From Mytilus edulis (Eukaryota), in NCBI RefSeq assembly GCF_963676685.1, contig NC_092353.1, positions 83,390,001 through 83,454,000 on the forward strand: DNA of 64,000 nt, written 5' to 3'. The translations under genes were made by a program, and so were the position numbers. Positions within the stretch are counted from its first letter, which is position 1, and each line of letters opens with the position of its first letter. Under the pieces are notes generated by a model. The model saw nothing but the letters and a program-made list of their open reading frames with translations. It was not told the origin of the DNA and ran no database searches. Positions 37,836 through 51,600 of this stretch are shown here, in pieces.

Positions 37836-40224
37836 GGCATAGACTGGTATATAGCCTGGACAAAAAGACCAAGTTGGGTAAAGTAACAGATCGTCTTCAA
37901 TTGAGGAATAGAAGTGTGTAACTTTGCCCGCTTTGGTCTTTTTAGTCAAGGCAACCTTAGGCAATTGCCTATCATTTGTTCCTAGTGTATAATATTCCTT
38001 ACTTTCTTGTTTCTCGTTTTTTATATAGATTAGACCGTTGGTTTTTCCGTTTGAATGGTTTTACACTAGTCATTTGTGGGGCTTGCTGCTTGGTGTTAGC
38101 CAATGTTCCCGGCGTGTTGAATACCGTACATTGACCTATAATGGTTTACTTTTATAAATTCTGACTTGAATGGAGAGTTGTCTCATTTGCACTCATATCA
38201 CATGATCATCTTATATCTACTTAACAATCCTTCAAAAGAGTCATGCATGTGCTTGAAAATGAGATTTGAAAAATAAAAGGAAGCCGGTCCGGTGATATTC
38301 GTATCGATATTTAATCAAATAGAGAAAGGTAATTGGGAATATGTCAAAGAGGCAACAACCCAATCAAAGAGTAAATAACAGCCGAAGGCTACCAATGGGT
38401 CTTTAACACAACAAGAAAATACCGCTGGTGTAGTATGTCACTAAAAACAAGAATGAGTTAACTTGTCAAATCAGATGTCATATTTGGTAGTCACTTGGAG
38501 ACGAATTCTGCTGTTGTCAATCAAAATAACGCGTTCGAAGTCAAACAATATGACGCTTTATCATGTAAGAAATTCGTCTTTTTCTGATTTCTTCTGATAA
38601 ATCTCGTCAAAACCTCATGTTCAGCGCCTGCATTTAAACAGGGTTTTTTTCATTTCTGAAGGCGTACGATTGCCTATAATTGCTTACATCCACTTTAATT
38701 GAACTTTGGTGGATGGCTGTTCCATTAGCACCCATACCTCATCTCCTTTATTGTTACATTTATAACTGTCAGACATCTTTTCATTAAAACCTATCTAACA
38801 TGGTTTATCTTTTTAGAATAATTGGCTTTGATCTTGCGATCAGGGACTGTATTTACTTTTATATCGGTACTTTCTGGTTTTTTTTCTGTACTTCGTGTCA
38901 ATCTGATGAGTCATCAACTGATTTTTACATTTTATTCTAATCTCGTTATGAAACATCACTGTCCCGAGCGTGTTCAGCGATCTCAAACATGGTTTACCGT
39001 TCAACATTCGGTATGTGCCTGTCCCTAGCCCAGAGCCTTTAATTATAAATCTTTTCGTTTGTTGTTTTTTGGCATACATCAGGAAAATTTGCATTACCCC
39101 ATGTTTGCTCTATGGTATGGGTATTTTTGTTGTTGTTGAATGTCGTAAGGTGACTTATAGAACATCATTGTCCTTTGGTATCAGGCTAGTAAATACAGTT
39201 AACTTGTTTCATTGGCAATCATAATGTTGTTAAGAACAGAAAATGTTCAAGTAGTCCGTTTTTCAGTACTGAGACTAATGTAACATATTCTCAGTTTCAT
39301 GAAATTCGGTTTGGACTTATTTCGGTTTTTTTCGATTTTTTTATTGAATAACTATATTCTTTTAAAAATTGTAAGGTTTAAAAAAGTAATTACTCAATTC
39401 AATTTTGTTTGTTTGTTATTTTTCACAATTTTACTCGCAAACATTTAGATTTAAATTTCTTCATTATCTCAATATAACGTTAACTACATAAGCGGAAATA
39501 TTTAATACGTTTGTAAGATTTGACTTGAAGCCGATTGAAAGATTACAAATATGTGTAATCTCTTCAGATTATCTGTATCTCGAGTGAAACACTATAAAAC
39601 CTGTCAAAATTGTAATCTGTTCAATTAGTATTTCCCGCCAAATAAGCTTGCAACAGACAAAGATAAAGCACCTGGCAATAAAAGTTATTTATCGAATCTA
39701 TTCCTAAATCCCCTGCGGAACTTTGACCATTGTCAATTTTTAAACAATATTTGATATAATTACAACAAAGACGTGTAAATGGTCATCATTGTTACATAAG
39801 TGCCGCTTGACAGATTATAGACATCAGACGACAGATTTATTCTTATCCGTTTTGTCAATATAAAGGCGCGAAAATGTAAATCAAGAGACCGACAAAATTA
39901 ATATACCCGCCAAAGTCTGATTATACCCTGAAGAACTGCATTATATTTACAACCTGTCGTCGAAAAATGCCCACAAATGATTATACAATTCAAGTTGACC
40001 TAAAACTTGTGTGCAACTCTCTGCATCCTTTCAAGTTGAACCCTAGATCCCCGTGGGTAGTTGAATATAACCTGATGCACGACAAAAAGCATGTGGTGGC
40101 TTACCAACCTAACCACTATTAAATACTAGTGGCAGTTCAAATTTCCCGCTTTCCATCACGGTCGACTAACTGATTAACTTTGATGTTTTGCTTAAATTTG
40201 TTCTCATACTGGTAGTTTATACAT

Positions 40225-41225
40225 GGCACTGGCTACGGTTACATGGAAATGTAACAATAATAAAAATATTATTGTTACATTGGAGACTAAATGCCGGAAT
40301 GCATGGTTGGGTAAGGACCTGTTTAATTACGAATGTAACAATAATTATTGAGGCTACGGTTACATTGCGTTATTGTTACATGAAAAAAAGCAATGTACGA
40401 TGGGACTAGTAATATATATATGTACGAAATAATAAAAGTCGAGGACATTTATTACATACATTTATAACATACAATTTATTTACTGTAATTTTTTATTTAC
40501 AATGACAATTTCTACAAATCCAGTAAGTTGTTTTTAAAGTCCGACACATTTTTGATGAACGAAATTACGTCCTCCACGGATACGTGTATAGTATACGTAC
40601 ATACATAATTTCTTAGTATTTAAGTAACAGTTAGCAAACTTTGCTTTTGATTATCAATTTGCGTCAAGTTATAAAGCTGTATGAAATGTATGTCTTGATA
40701 TTGTTTCAGTTTCGTTTAAAACGCATCCCAAGTTTCATTTTTATTTTCACCAGAAACAAAATTGGTCCAAAGTATAATGGCAGTAATAAGAGTAGGTGTG
40801 CAGTTAAATACTTTAAAAAAGTGAAACCATTGAACTATATTTTTCGCCTTTGACAGTCACTTTCCTAATCTTGAGTAGTATCTTTAAGAACATCAAAACC
40901 ATTAATACGTAGTTAAACTATTCAATTTGTACACCATTGGTTGAATAATAATATTTTATTATTTATCAGTATTGAATTACAAGTATTGTTTAGTACATAT
41001 GAAAGAATGAAGCAATACAACTATAGAAGATTTAAGTTTAATCAATCTAGCGTACATTGCTGTTTTTCATGTAACAATAACGTAATGTAACCGTAGCCTC
41101 AGTAATTATTGTTACATTTGTAATTAATCGGTTCCTCACCCAACTTTGCATTCCGGCAATTAGTCTCCAATGTAACAATAATATTTTTATTATTGTTACA
41201 TTTCCATGTAACCGTAGCCAGTGCC
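40225..41225. mobile_element. Mutator-like (MULE) non-autonomous element
   Basis: ~175-bp TIRs (40225-40399 / 41051-41225) starting GGCACTGGC; perfect 9-bp TSD TTTATACAT. Confidence 0.88.
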
Positions 41226-42254
41226 TTTATACATTTGTAGTAAAAATAAATTGCCACTGAACTTAAATTAAACAAGATCCAATCTATTGAAACTTCAAAT
41301 TCGCACGACTTTTGGGATGGCGGTTGTTTGCAACATTTCCCCACTCAACGCATGTTTTGTCAGTCTAATCTAGTTGAAAACTTTACCAAGAGGTGCAAAA
41401 TAGTTAATTCAAAATTTTTATTAACTTAACTTAAAAGAGACGTGTTAACGTAATATATATAACTCTTCAACTATTTCGATTCTTATGCATCCTTGTCTTT
41501 CAAGTACTAGTATTCAGCTATGAGAGTTCCTGATATAGGTAAATCCTGAAAAGTGCTTCAGATGCATGGTAATTTAAAACGTGTTGTTTTCCTTTTTTTC
41601 AGGACAAACCAATGTTTGTAATATATAATATACAAAAATATTAAAGGTGAAAATTACTGATGCGAATTTTGGCAATGTCTCTTTAGCGATGCCCGAGACC
41701 AATAACTGTTTAAAAGTCCACAACTTAATGCCAACCTTAAAGAGCTGATAAAAGCAGAAAGAACTAAACGCAGTCAAACGCACACTGATATATATTGTCT
41801 TATTAGCAGCTGTTCAACATTTCCCCATGGATGCAATTTTTTTCAGTTAAAACTTTACCAAGTGGTGCAAAACAGTTAAATCAAAATGGTATGAACTTAT
41901 GTTAGAAAAGCTGTGTTTTGATATATTTTTCAGACCCAATTTTTACACACGACCTTGCTTTCATACAGGACCAAGTGAACATACAACTAAGAACAGTATC
42001 ACAATCAATGTTATCAAAACAGTGGAATCAAATGAAATACCAACAAAATAGGAGCACCATTATTAATATGTTGTTGCTGTTGACAAGATTCTCTTCATGA
42101 TTTGCATAAGGCCATATACAGAATATCAAAATTATAAGAGTATTGATGGGGGTTAATTAATTAATGTGCTCCTCTACAAATATAGAAGAGAACAGATAAT
42201 GAGGTGACAAAATATAAATAGTAGAGAAAAATGGGTAAAAAATATTCGGAAAAA

Positions 42255-43206
42255 GTGATATGTCTCACCGATTTGTTATTTTGATAATGCAAATAATGAA
42301 ATTAAAATATCAATACATGTAAGTTATGCAAATATTCATAGTCAATGAACCATGACTGAAGGTACAGGGCTAAACAATCTCAAAGGAAATCAGATGTGTC
42401 AATTGCATACCAAATACCATAGACTTTTCTTAAGTCGTTCCCTTTAAACAAACCTTAACACAAACATTAACTTGTAAACTATGTAAAAGTTTCAGTCGGT
42501 GAACCATAATGAGGGGTTGGGGTGATATAATCTCCATGGAAATGAAACTTGCAAATGCCAAATCATTGGTATACCAAATACCAACTTAAAAATAGTGGTT
42601 CATCTTAAACTGACCTGATCACAAAATAATACATGAAAATGAAGCAAAAGTTTCCAAGTCAATAAACCATGACTGAGGGGGACGGTCCAAAATAATATAC
42701 AATGGAAATGAGATGTGCTAATGCTTATACAAATGCATACCTATTATCATTGACCTATCTATCACCAACAGTTCCCCTTGAACTGACCTAATCACAAACT
42801 TAATACATGAAAACTCAGAAGTTTTGAACTCAATAGACCATAACGGAGAGGATCGATCAAATTAATCTCTATGTTAATGAGATGTACCAATGCTAATATA
42901 ACTGCATACCAAATATCATTAACTTGCCACTAGTGGTTCCCAATAAACTGACCTAATCACAAACTAATTTTAAAATACATGTCAACTAAGAGGCGTTTCA
43001 AACTCAATAGACCATGACTGACGGGGTGGCACCAAATAATCTCTTTGGCAATGAGATGTGCCAATGCAAATACAACTGCATACCAAATATCATTAACCTG
43101 CTACTAGTGGTTCATTATAATCTAGACCTAATACATTTTCGACTCCGCTGACACCGGAAACAGCATACCTATGTCTTGCTTTTTGACTCAGTCAAGGCGA
43201 TACAAA
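42255..43206 (-). mobile_element. Helentron-like element with ~160-175-bp internal tandem cores
   Basis: Recurrent TCAATRRACCATGACTGA...ATGAGATGTG...CATACCAAATATCAT units (about 5); terminal TGTCTTGC..GGCGATACA inverted repeat. Confidence 0.6.
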
Positions 43207-43609
43207 GATTGCCTGGAGAAACCCTCCTTTTTCTGGTGCAGCTTGTAGTTTTTCTAATGTAATTTATATAATTAGACTGATCACTGGGTTTGAGCACATG
43301 TGGAGCAGAATCAGCTTACCATCAGAAGACACCTGAAATCACTCCTGGTTTTTGTTGTACCATTTGTTTTGGGGTCTAGATTTTTATATTGTGTTTGCAT
43401 GATAAAGCTAAATAAAGATATAAGTATTTCATATCAAAATGCAGGTTCTTATTATTGCGAAAACCCAATTAGTTGGATAATTCACATTTATGAAAAACCT
43501 CACATAAATTTCTGAATTTAGTCTACAGGAACACATGTGATACTTCCTGAATATATTATTCCATTTTCAAGCTGACAAGCCTTCACTCTTACTGAAGTCC
43601 AATTTAATA

Positions 43610-44085
43610 AAAGGGATACCAGTTATCTTTTTCCAGCTAGTTAAAATGAAGGGATACATGAGTAAGGCAGTTATAATCTTATTCCAGCTAGTTATAATGA
43701 ACGGATACTTGGTGAAAGCAGTTATAATCTTATTCCAGCTAGTTAAAATGAAGGGATACCTGTTGAAAGCAGTTATAATCTTATTCCAGCTAGTTAAAAT
43801 GAAGGGATACCTGTTGAAAGCAGTTGTAATCTTATTCCAGCTAGTTAAAATGAAGGGATACCTGTTGAAAGCAGTTATAATCTTATTCCAGCTAGTTAAA
43901 ATGAAGGGATACCCAAAGAAAGCAGTTATAATCTTATTCCAGCTAGTTAAAATGAAGGGTTACCTAAATAATGCAGTTATAATCTTAGTCCAGCCAGTTA
44001 AAATGAAGGGATACCCAAAGAAAGCAGTTATCTTTTTCCAGCTAGTAAAAATGAAGGGATACCCAAAGAAAGCAGTTGGCTGTTA
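43610..44085. repeat. 51-bp minisatellite x~9
   Basis: GCAGTTATAATCTTATTCCAGCTAGTTAAAATGAAGGGATAC units. Confidence 0.95.
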
Positions 44086-44554
44086 ACCGAAACTTGATTC
44101 ATCGTACAAACACATGAGAGCTTTTTGTTTGATAAGTTATAAAATCAATAGTTTATTACAAAACATTGTATTGTATGTACAATTCAATTCTGTGTACAAT
44201 TCATTAAGTACATAGAAAAATTCCTTAAAATTATAATATAAAACTTAACAATTTTGACAACAACAAATTGCATCAATCTTCAGTTATTCTCTGCACTATT
44301 AAAATAGATAAAAAGAAACTTTCTAAAAGTTCCTCTGGCACTGACAAGACATAAAATACACTCACACACATACATACACACATAAATAAATCATCCATAT
44401 ATTATACATCATGCTAAAATCGGATACATCTAATTAACAAGATAACAAATTATGGAAATTGAGCTCATTAATAAATAATAATTTCATACACAGTCTAACA
44501 TCTAACATGCACACACAACTATTCTATCGCCCATTGCCCAGCAAGAAGCCATAA

Positions 44555-45633
44555 CTACACACTAATGTCTGGGAGATCAAGTTTTCTCACTGCCGTTGAA
44601 GGTCCATCTTTAGAGAGAGTAATGATTTCACTAGATGTAAGAGGAACTAACCCACCAGGGGTGCTCCTATAGAACTGAGTAGTAACTGGTCTTTCCGTCG
44701 GAGTGACAAACTTTGGAATGGTGATAGCTTTTTTAGACGTAGCCATTCCCACAGATGTTTGTATCTGTGTAACCATGGTGCTTGTTTGGTTTGACGACGG
44801 GAAGGAGAACAATGACTGACTAGCATCAGGTGTCAACGGAGGACTAAATGTTAGAGGTACCATAAAATTAAATGACTGGCCATTTCTTCCTGTCGTACTA
44901 ACTGGCATGCCTTGAAGAATTTGTACTTGTGAAGGCGCCACCCGCGTTGCCTCTGTGGGTGAACCTACACTAACTACTGGAAACTGAAGTATTGTAGGAG
45001 ATTGATTTGGCAACTGAACAGCTATTCTTTGGATGTTTGATTGTGACGTTTTGAGCACTTTCCCTACCATCTGAGCAACTGAATTATCAACATGAGTATT
45101 TGTTTCAATTGAGTCTTCCATTTCAGAAAATGGCACAGCCAATGGTTCATAGTCACTAGATTTTTCAGGTTCAACAGTACCTACGAATTCTGGAGTTGTA
45201 TGAAGTGCTTTTGGTGTTTTGTTGCCGTCAGAAAAAGTTTTCTGTTCTATATTATCATCTGAAGGAGGTGAAGGAAAGTCAACCCTAAATTTTTTAGGAG
45301 CTGATTCCGACTCACTATCAGTGGATGATCTTTTATTGGATAATTTTTCATCTGACGACTCCTCTGATTCTTCACTGACATTTTTGTCCCCTTTCAGAGG
45401 TACTGGAACTTTGAGTGATTTTAAAACAGCATCTATCTGATCTTTTGTAAGAGGAATCATGGTTGGATTTTTACATGCAGGTATTCCAGTTTTAATAATA
45501 ATTGTCTCAGCTTTTTTTGATTTTCTGATTTCTTCACTAGCTAGATTGCGTTGTACCACTATTTTACTTGAACCCTTTTTCTTTGGCGGGCTAGCAGTAG
45601 GGGTGTCACCTTGACTCAAACTCTTTGTAAACT
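44555..45633 (-). CDS. E2F7/8: E2F7/8 last exon (S/T/P-rich C-terminus)
   Basis: 354-aa ORF behind a TTGCAG acceptor in the matching phase; SPPKKK and a C-terminal RKL; AATAAA on the minus strand at 44152-44157. Confidence 0.9.
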
Positions 45634-48600
45634 CTGCAATAAGAAAGGAATAAATTTAACATATGGTTAATATTAACAGAACTTGCTCATTTATGAACCA
45701 GTAACTTTAAATTAAAAAACAAAGTATTTCGCCAAAGAAGATTTTAATGTACATGTTTGTTAAAATCACATGTTTTTAAATAGTTTTTCTTTCTTTCTTT
45801 TAACCCTTTCCTCCATAATGACGCCTTTTGACGCCACCCCCCTTTCTCCATAATGACGCCTTTTGACGCCTGTGTAGTACCTCAGTTGAATCACTTGACT
45901 ACAAAGTGTCCTCAGTTGACTTAATAAAATTTGTATCTAATATGAAAAGGAATATCGTAGGAATATCCGACTTCAATTTATTTGATGAAATAGTTGTTTT
46001 TCACAATGCCTTAATACTTTAAAGCATATGTTCAGCATTTTATTTAAAAAATCCTATGCAAATCAAGTATGCCAAAAAAAAATTTCAATGGAGGAAAGGG
46101 TTAACCTTTGACTATTTTTCATAAACAAGACAGCTTACGATTTGCTACCTGTACAATCTAATACACAGCTTGCGATTTGTTTCCTGTACAATCTAATACA
46201 CAGATATTTGCAAGGGAGATATTCTAGGACTCTTGGATGATTTAGAAACAGGTCCATTGATTAACCCTTTCATTGAAAGCCACCCTGACAGAAGCTACTC
46301 TGAGATGATGGCTTCCCTGGCCATTCTGTCACAAGTAGGGGATTTTCATATCAAATATCAATTAAAACTGAACTTGTCTCTATATATTACTCACTTATAC
46401 CATGGACACAGTTTTGTTAACCCTTTCCTCCATGGATTTTTTTTTTTACGTACTTGATTCGCATAGGATTTTTTCAATGAAAAATAACATCAGGTTTAAA
46501 GTATTAATGCATTGCGAAAACAAATTTTTCATCAATGAAATTTTAGTCAGATGTTCTCATGAATATCCTTTTTATATTAGATTCATTTTTTTTTACAGTC
46601 AGATGAAGTTTTATCCTAGGTAATACATTTAAACTGAGGCACTACACAGGCGTCGAAAGGCGTCATTATGGAGTAAAGGGGGTGGCGTCAAAAGGTCTCA
46701 TTATGGAGGAAAGGGTTAATGTTGTGGTCATAAATTTAATAAAATTTGCAAATTTTCGGCATTAGATAGATGAAATTCCATAAATTCGACTTTTAACCCA
46801 AAATAAGTATTCCAATGTAACTGCCATTATTTCGTTCTAAATAAACTAACAACATTTTTGAAGAATTAAGTATAATCGTTAAGGTTTTTTAACTGCATTG
46901 ACAGCTATTTGTTTAGTATAGAAACCCTTAACAACCCTTTTTAAAGTTTGGATCTGATCCAGTCTGTCATGGATTACACCTACCATCACCAGAATAATCC
47001 TGAGTAGGACTACAGGGTTGTGACATAGACTCGTATAATTTCTGCCGTTCCTTCTCAGCCACCTCACAAATCTGTTCAAATGATGAATGTCGAGGAAATG
47101 ATGGTTTCTTTACTGGTTCACATACACACACTTGTAATCCTCTGTCACTTTTACATGGATCAGTCTTCCTTTTCTTGTCATCTACAATTAAAAAGTGAAG
47201 ATATTGTAGTATAATAAGGACTACACCAAAAAATTTGCTTTACACATAGCAATGATTTTTGGCCTCACAGTTACAATTTTGCTCTCATCCCTATTTAGGG
47301 TGTTGTGTTAGATGTATTTATATCCATCTGATGAGTTTAGCTATTTTCAAATGATTTTTATAGTTTGTTCTTATGATGTAATGTTACACCACTGTCCTAG
47401 GTTAGGGTGGGTTAAGTGCTCACAATCATGTTTAATCCCGACACATTCATTATGTGCTTGTCCAAAGTCAGGAGCCTGTAGTTCAGTGGTTGTCATAAAT
47501 TAGGCCATTAGTTTTCTCAATTGAATTAAATTTTAATGTCAGCCTTTTATAGACCCCCATATAATATGGGTTTTCCTCATTGTTGAAGGCCTTAAGGTTG
47601 CTTTACATCCACTTCATTTAAACTTTTGCCTTTGGGTTGACATTTGCCTCATAGGTAATCATACCACATCTCCTTATTTTCATAACAAAAAGAAAGAAAA
47701 ACGAGCGGTTAAATCAGGTTTTACCTTTACCCCCTTGTAATGCAATCAAACATAAATTGAAACTTTTGAAAAGTTAAAATATTGTATTTGACTTTACCTA
47801 ATAATTTTGACAAAATTTTATTTCACTTGCAGATTTCAATATAAAAGGTTATTCTCTAAATATCACGTGTACCAAACAAAGGAAAGTTACTCTGTAAATA
47901 ATAAAAAATTTATTGGAACCCAGGGTCTCGCTTAGTCCATTTATAAGTAAAATACAGAAAAACAGGAACAAAATTTTAACTAAATTTCCTTCTTGATACT
48001 AGCTTATGATCATAAACAAGCTTCTTTCCAAGTTTGGTAGAATTCCAGGATAGTTTAATAAAGTTATTAAAATTTCAATAACTGAATATTTGTGGACGCT
48101 GCCACAGGAATGTAGGATCGCTATGTCTCGCTTTTTTGACAAAAGTCGAATTTTTGAAATTCTAAGTAGCATGTCATGAACTGGACTTGATACTTACAAG
48201 TAGTTTGGGCTTCTGATGATCTCTTTCCTGATACCATTTCTGCAACTTAAAAACACAATACATAAATATAGATGTTTTTATTATCTCAACATAAAAAGAA
48301 AATATAGAAGAAAAAGTCAAATTTCTATTTCGGTCAGACAAACTCTAAAACAGTTTGAAACAGACTGAGTACTCAAAAGTGTACATACAATTTAAAACAG
48401 TAAAAGGAGGAAAGTTTGAAGAAATAGTGAAACCTGAAAAACATTTTGATAGATTTTCAAAATAAAATAATGAAAAAGTATATAGGGATACTGGACTTGT
48501 ATATATAATCCTTCTTTTATTTTTCAGTTAAACTTTGATGTACATACAATAATAACTGAAACTTAGTGCTTATGATAGATCACATAAAAAATATAAAAGA

Positions 48601-51600
48601 TATTGAAATTAATCTGCATCTTTCTAAACCATACTTGAAAATAAAAATCACCTTGGTTATTCTTCACACAATCCAACAACGAATGCCTCGAACTTGGTCT
48701 GTGAAATCCATCATTATAACATACTGAAATAAGGAGAAAATTGACACGTAAGCAGAAATAATTTCAAGGGGAGTAACTCTAGTTCTAATGGATGGCATTA
48801 CAAACACCTTTGATATGTATTTTCAAATTATTTATGAACTGGCATGTCTACCCAATTAAACCAGGGGTTGTCTTCCTCAATTTTAAAGAAGTTCTAACTT
48901 TAGTAATAATATAATTGTAAAATTGTGATGTTAAGCAACAAGAACTGGCCTCCAAAAAAGTATTGTTGTTAACTTCAGTTCATAAAGTTGACATAGTGCT
49001 ATCTGCTTTATAAACAGGTAGCTTTAATGAGACACCCTCAATTGCATTTCCCCCCCCCCCCCCCCTAACAAATGTAACTCTGAAATAATGCTGCCCCTCC
49101 CCTAAGTTGCTTCCCCATGACAACTTAATGTTTATGTAACAAGCATTATTAAAAAAGTTTGTTTAAAATAAAACTAGATGATCAGAAAAATATTTGTTTG
49201 TCTTACCACTAATGTCTTGCATCTGCATTAAATCAGGTCCTATATACTTGAATGCTGGTTTCCTTCCCCTAAATTCTGTTACATGTACTTTCCTAATGAG
49301 ATCTAGACTAGTAAGAATGTTGGCTATATCATATAATCTTCTAATCTTTGCTGCAAACAAACAAAAAAATATGTAAAGAATTTGTTTAAAAACATTATAA
49401 AATGTTTACTATTGGTAAGTCTTTTCTTTCTCCTTTTGTGTAATTATGTGTGTGTGGGTGAATTGTTTTTGTTATCCTGGTTTATTATTCCACTTTTAAA
49501 ATGTTTTTTCTTGAATTTTCTGTGCTATTTTCACATTTCTTGATCAATATTCTCTGCACTAGCTAAATTTCTGTTCTCAGCAAATGATTGGTTGAAATTT
49601 AACTAAATGTCAAACTTTCTAGGTTTCTTCAGCAATTTCTATTGTGATTTCATGAAAAAAGGTGACCATGTCTGATGAAGTCACCTATAAAGTACACAAC
49701 TTCCTGTGACCATGCCTGATGACGTCACCTATAAAGTACACAACTTTCTGTGACCATGCCTGATGACGTCACCTATAAAGTACACAAGTTTCTGTGACCA
49801 TGCCTGATGACATCACCTATAAAGTACACAAGTTTCTGTGACCATGCCTGATGACGTCACCTATAAAGTACACAAGTTTCGGTGACCATGCCTGATGACG
49901 TCACCTATAAAGTACACAACTTTCGGTGACCATGCCTGATGACGTCACCTATAAAGTACACAACTTTCTGTGACCATGCCTGATGACGTCACCTATAAAG
50001 TACACAACTTTCTGTGACCATGCCTGATGACGTCACCTATAAAGTACACAACTTTCTGTGACCATGCCTGATGACGTCACCTATAAAGTACACAACTTTC
50101 TGTGACCATGCCTGATGAAGTCACCTATAAAGTACACAACTTTCTGTGACCATGCCTGATGTCACCTATATTAAAAGTACACAAGTTCTATGACCATGCC
50201 TGATGAAGTCACCTATAAAGTACACAACTTTCTGTGACCATGCCTGATGAAGTCACCTATAAAGTACACAACTTTCTACAAATCTTTGAAAAGGAAGGAT
50301 AAAAATCATTAGAGAAACAGATTCCACCACTACTACTCCTGTGTAATGATACTTCTCTACCTTAAACAGTTAAATTTTACTTATTTAAAAATTTCTGCAA
50401 GCCTCGCGCTTTAAATACTAAATTTCAACTGTCTTGAGTGGAGAATTATTGTAACATTTTTTTGCAGTGGTGGAATCTATATATCCAGTGTCCTCTGCTA
50501 TTATTTTTGAAAATAAACATTTACTTCTTGTATTAAAATAAATGTCCTCAGAAAAGAAGGCAGTTTTCAGTGTAGCCTTTATGAAAGTTTGAGGCTGTAG
50601 CTCTCACACAGGCTATAATTAAACATTCATCTACAATGACAACCCTTACTCAAGTTACTGTTAAAGTTTGAGGCTGTAGCTCTCACACAGGCTATAATTA
50701 AACATTCATCTACAATGACAACCCTTACTCAAGTTACTGTTAAAGTTTGAGGCTGTAGCTCTCACACAGGCTATAATTAAACATTCATCTACAATGACAA
50801 CCCTTACTCAAGTTACTGTTAAAGTTTGAGGCTGTAGCTCTCACACAGGCTATAATTAAACATTCATCTACAATGACAACCCTTACTCAAGTTACTGGTA
50901 AAACTGCTGACTTGAACAAACATGTTTCAGGACCATAATCAGGATGTACCTAATTTAAATAAATCCAAACAACGTTTGCAGGGTAAAACAAAATAATATT
51001 CTTTAACAGTTTATATACATTGTACCTGGAAAAGTGAACTCAATCTATGAACAAATCTCTTAGGTTATTCCCTTAAAAAAAGCTCATTGTGTGACATTTT
51101 TTGTTGTTGTATATCATGATTACTGGGTTGAAGTGTTTACTTACTTTTGAATTTAGAATAGTCAGACCTATCTACATTTGCATCACCAATGAGTATTTTT
51201 GCTGCTAGATCTAAATTCACTGTTTTTTGCTGAAAAGAGAAAGATAAATAACCTTCATATAAAAAAGATGTGGTATGATTGCCAATGAGACAACTCTCCA
51301 CAAGAGACCAAAATGACTTGGAAATTAACAACTATAGATCACCATACGGCCTTCACATATTGTTTGATTCACACAATATCTTTGAAAACAAAAAAACATA
51401 TCTGTTATAAAATGGGGAAATTTGTTACGATGGAATAATCTACTATGTAATAGGTAATTAAATTAGGTTTATCTCCCCCTCATTAGTTTTCACATTACTG
51501 TTTGCCCTCTTATTATCTAAGCATGAAAATGTAAGACTCCCACCATGTAAGATGATTCCCCAGTCTTTATTTTGAATTAATATAAGGTATATGTTATTTC

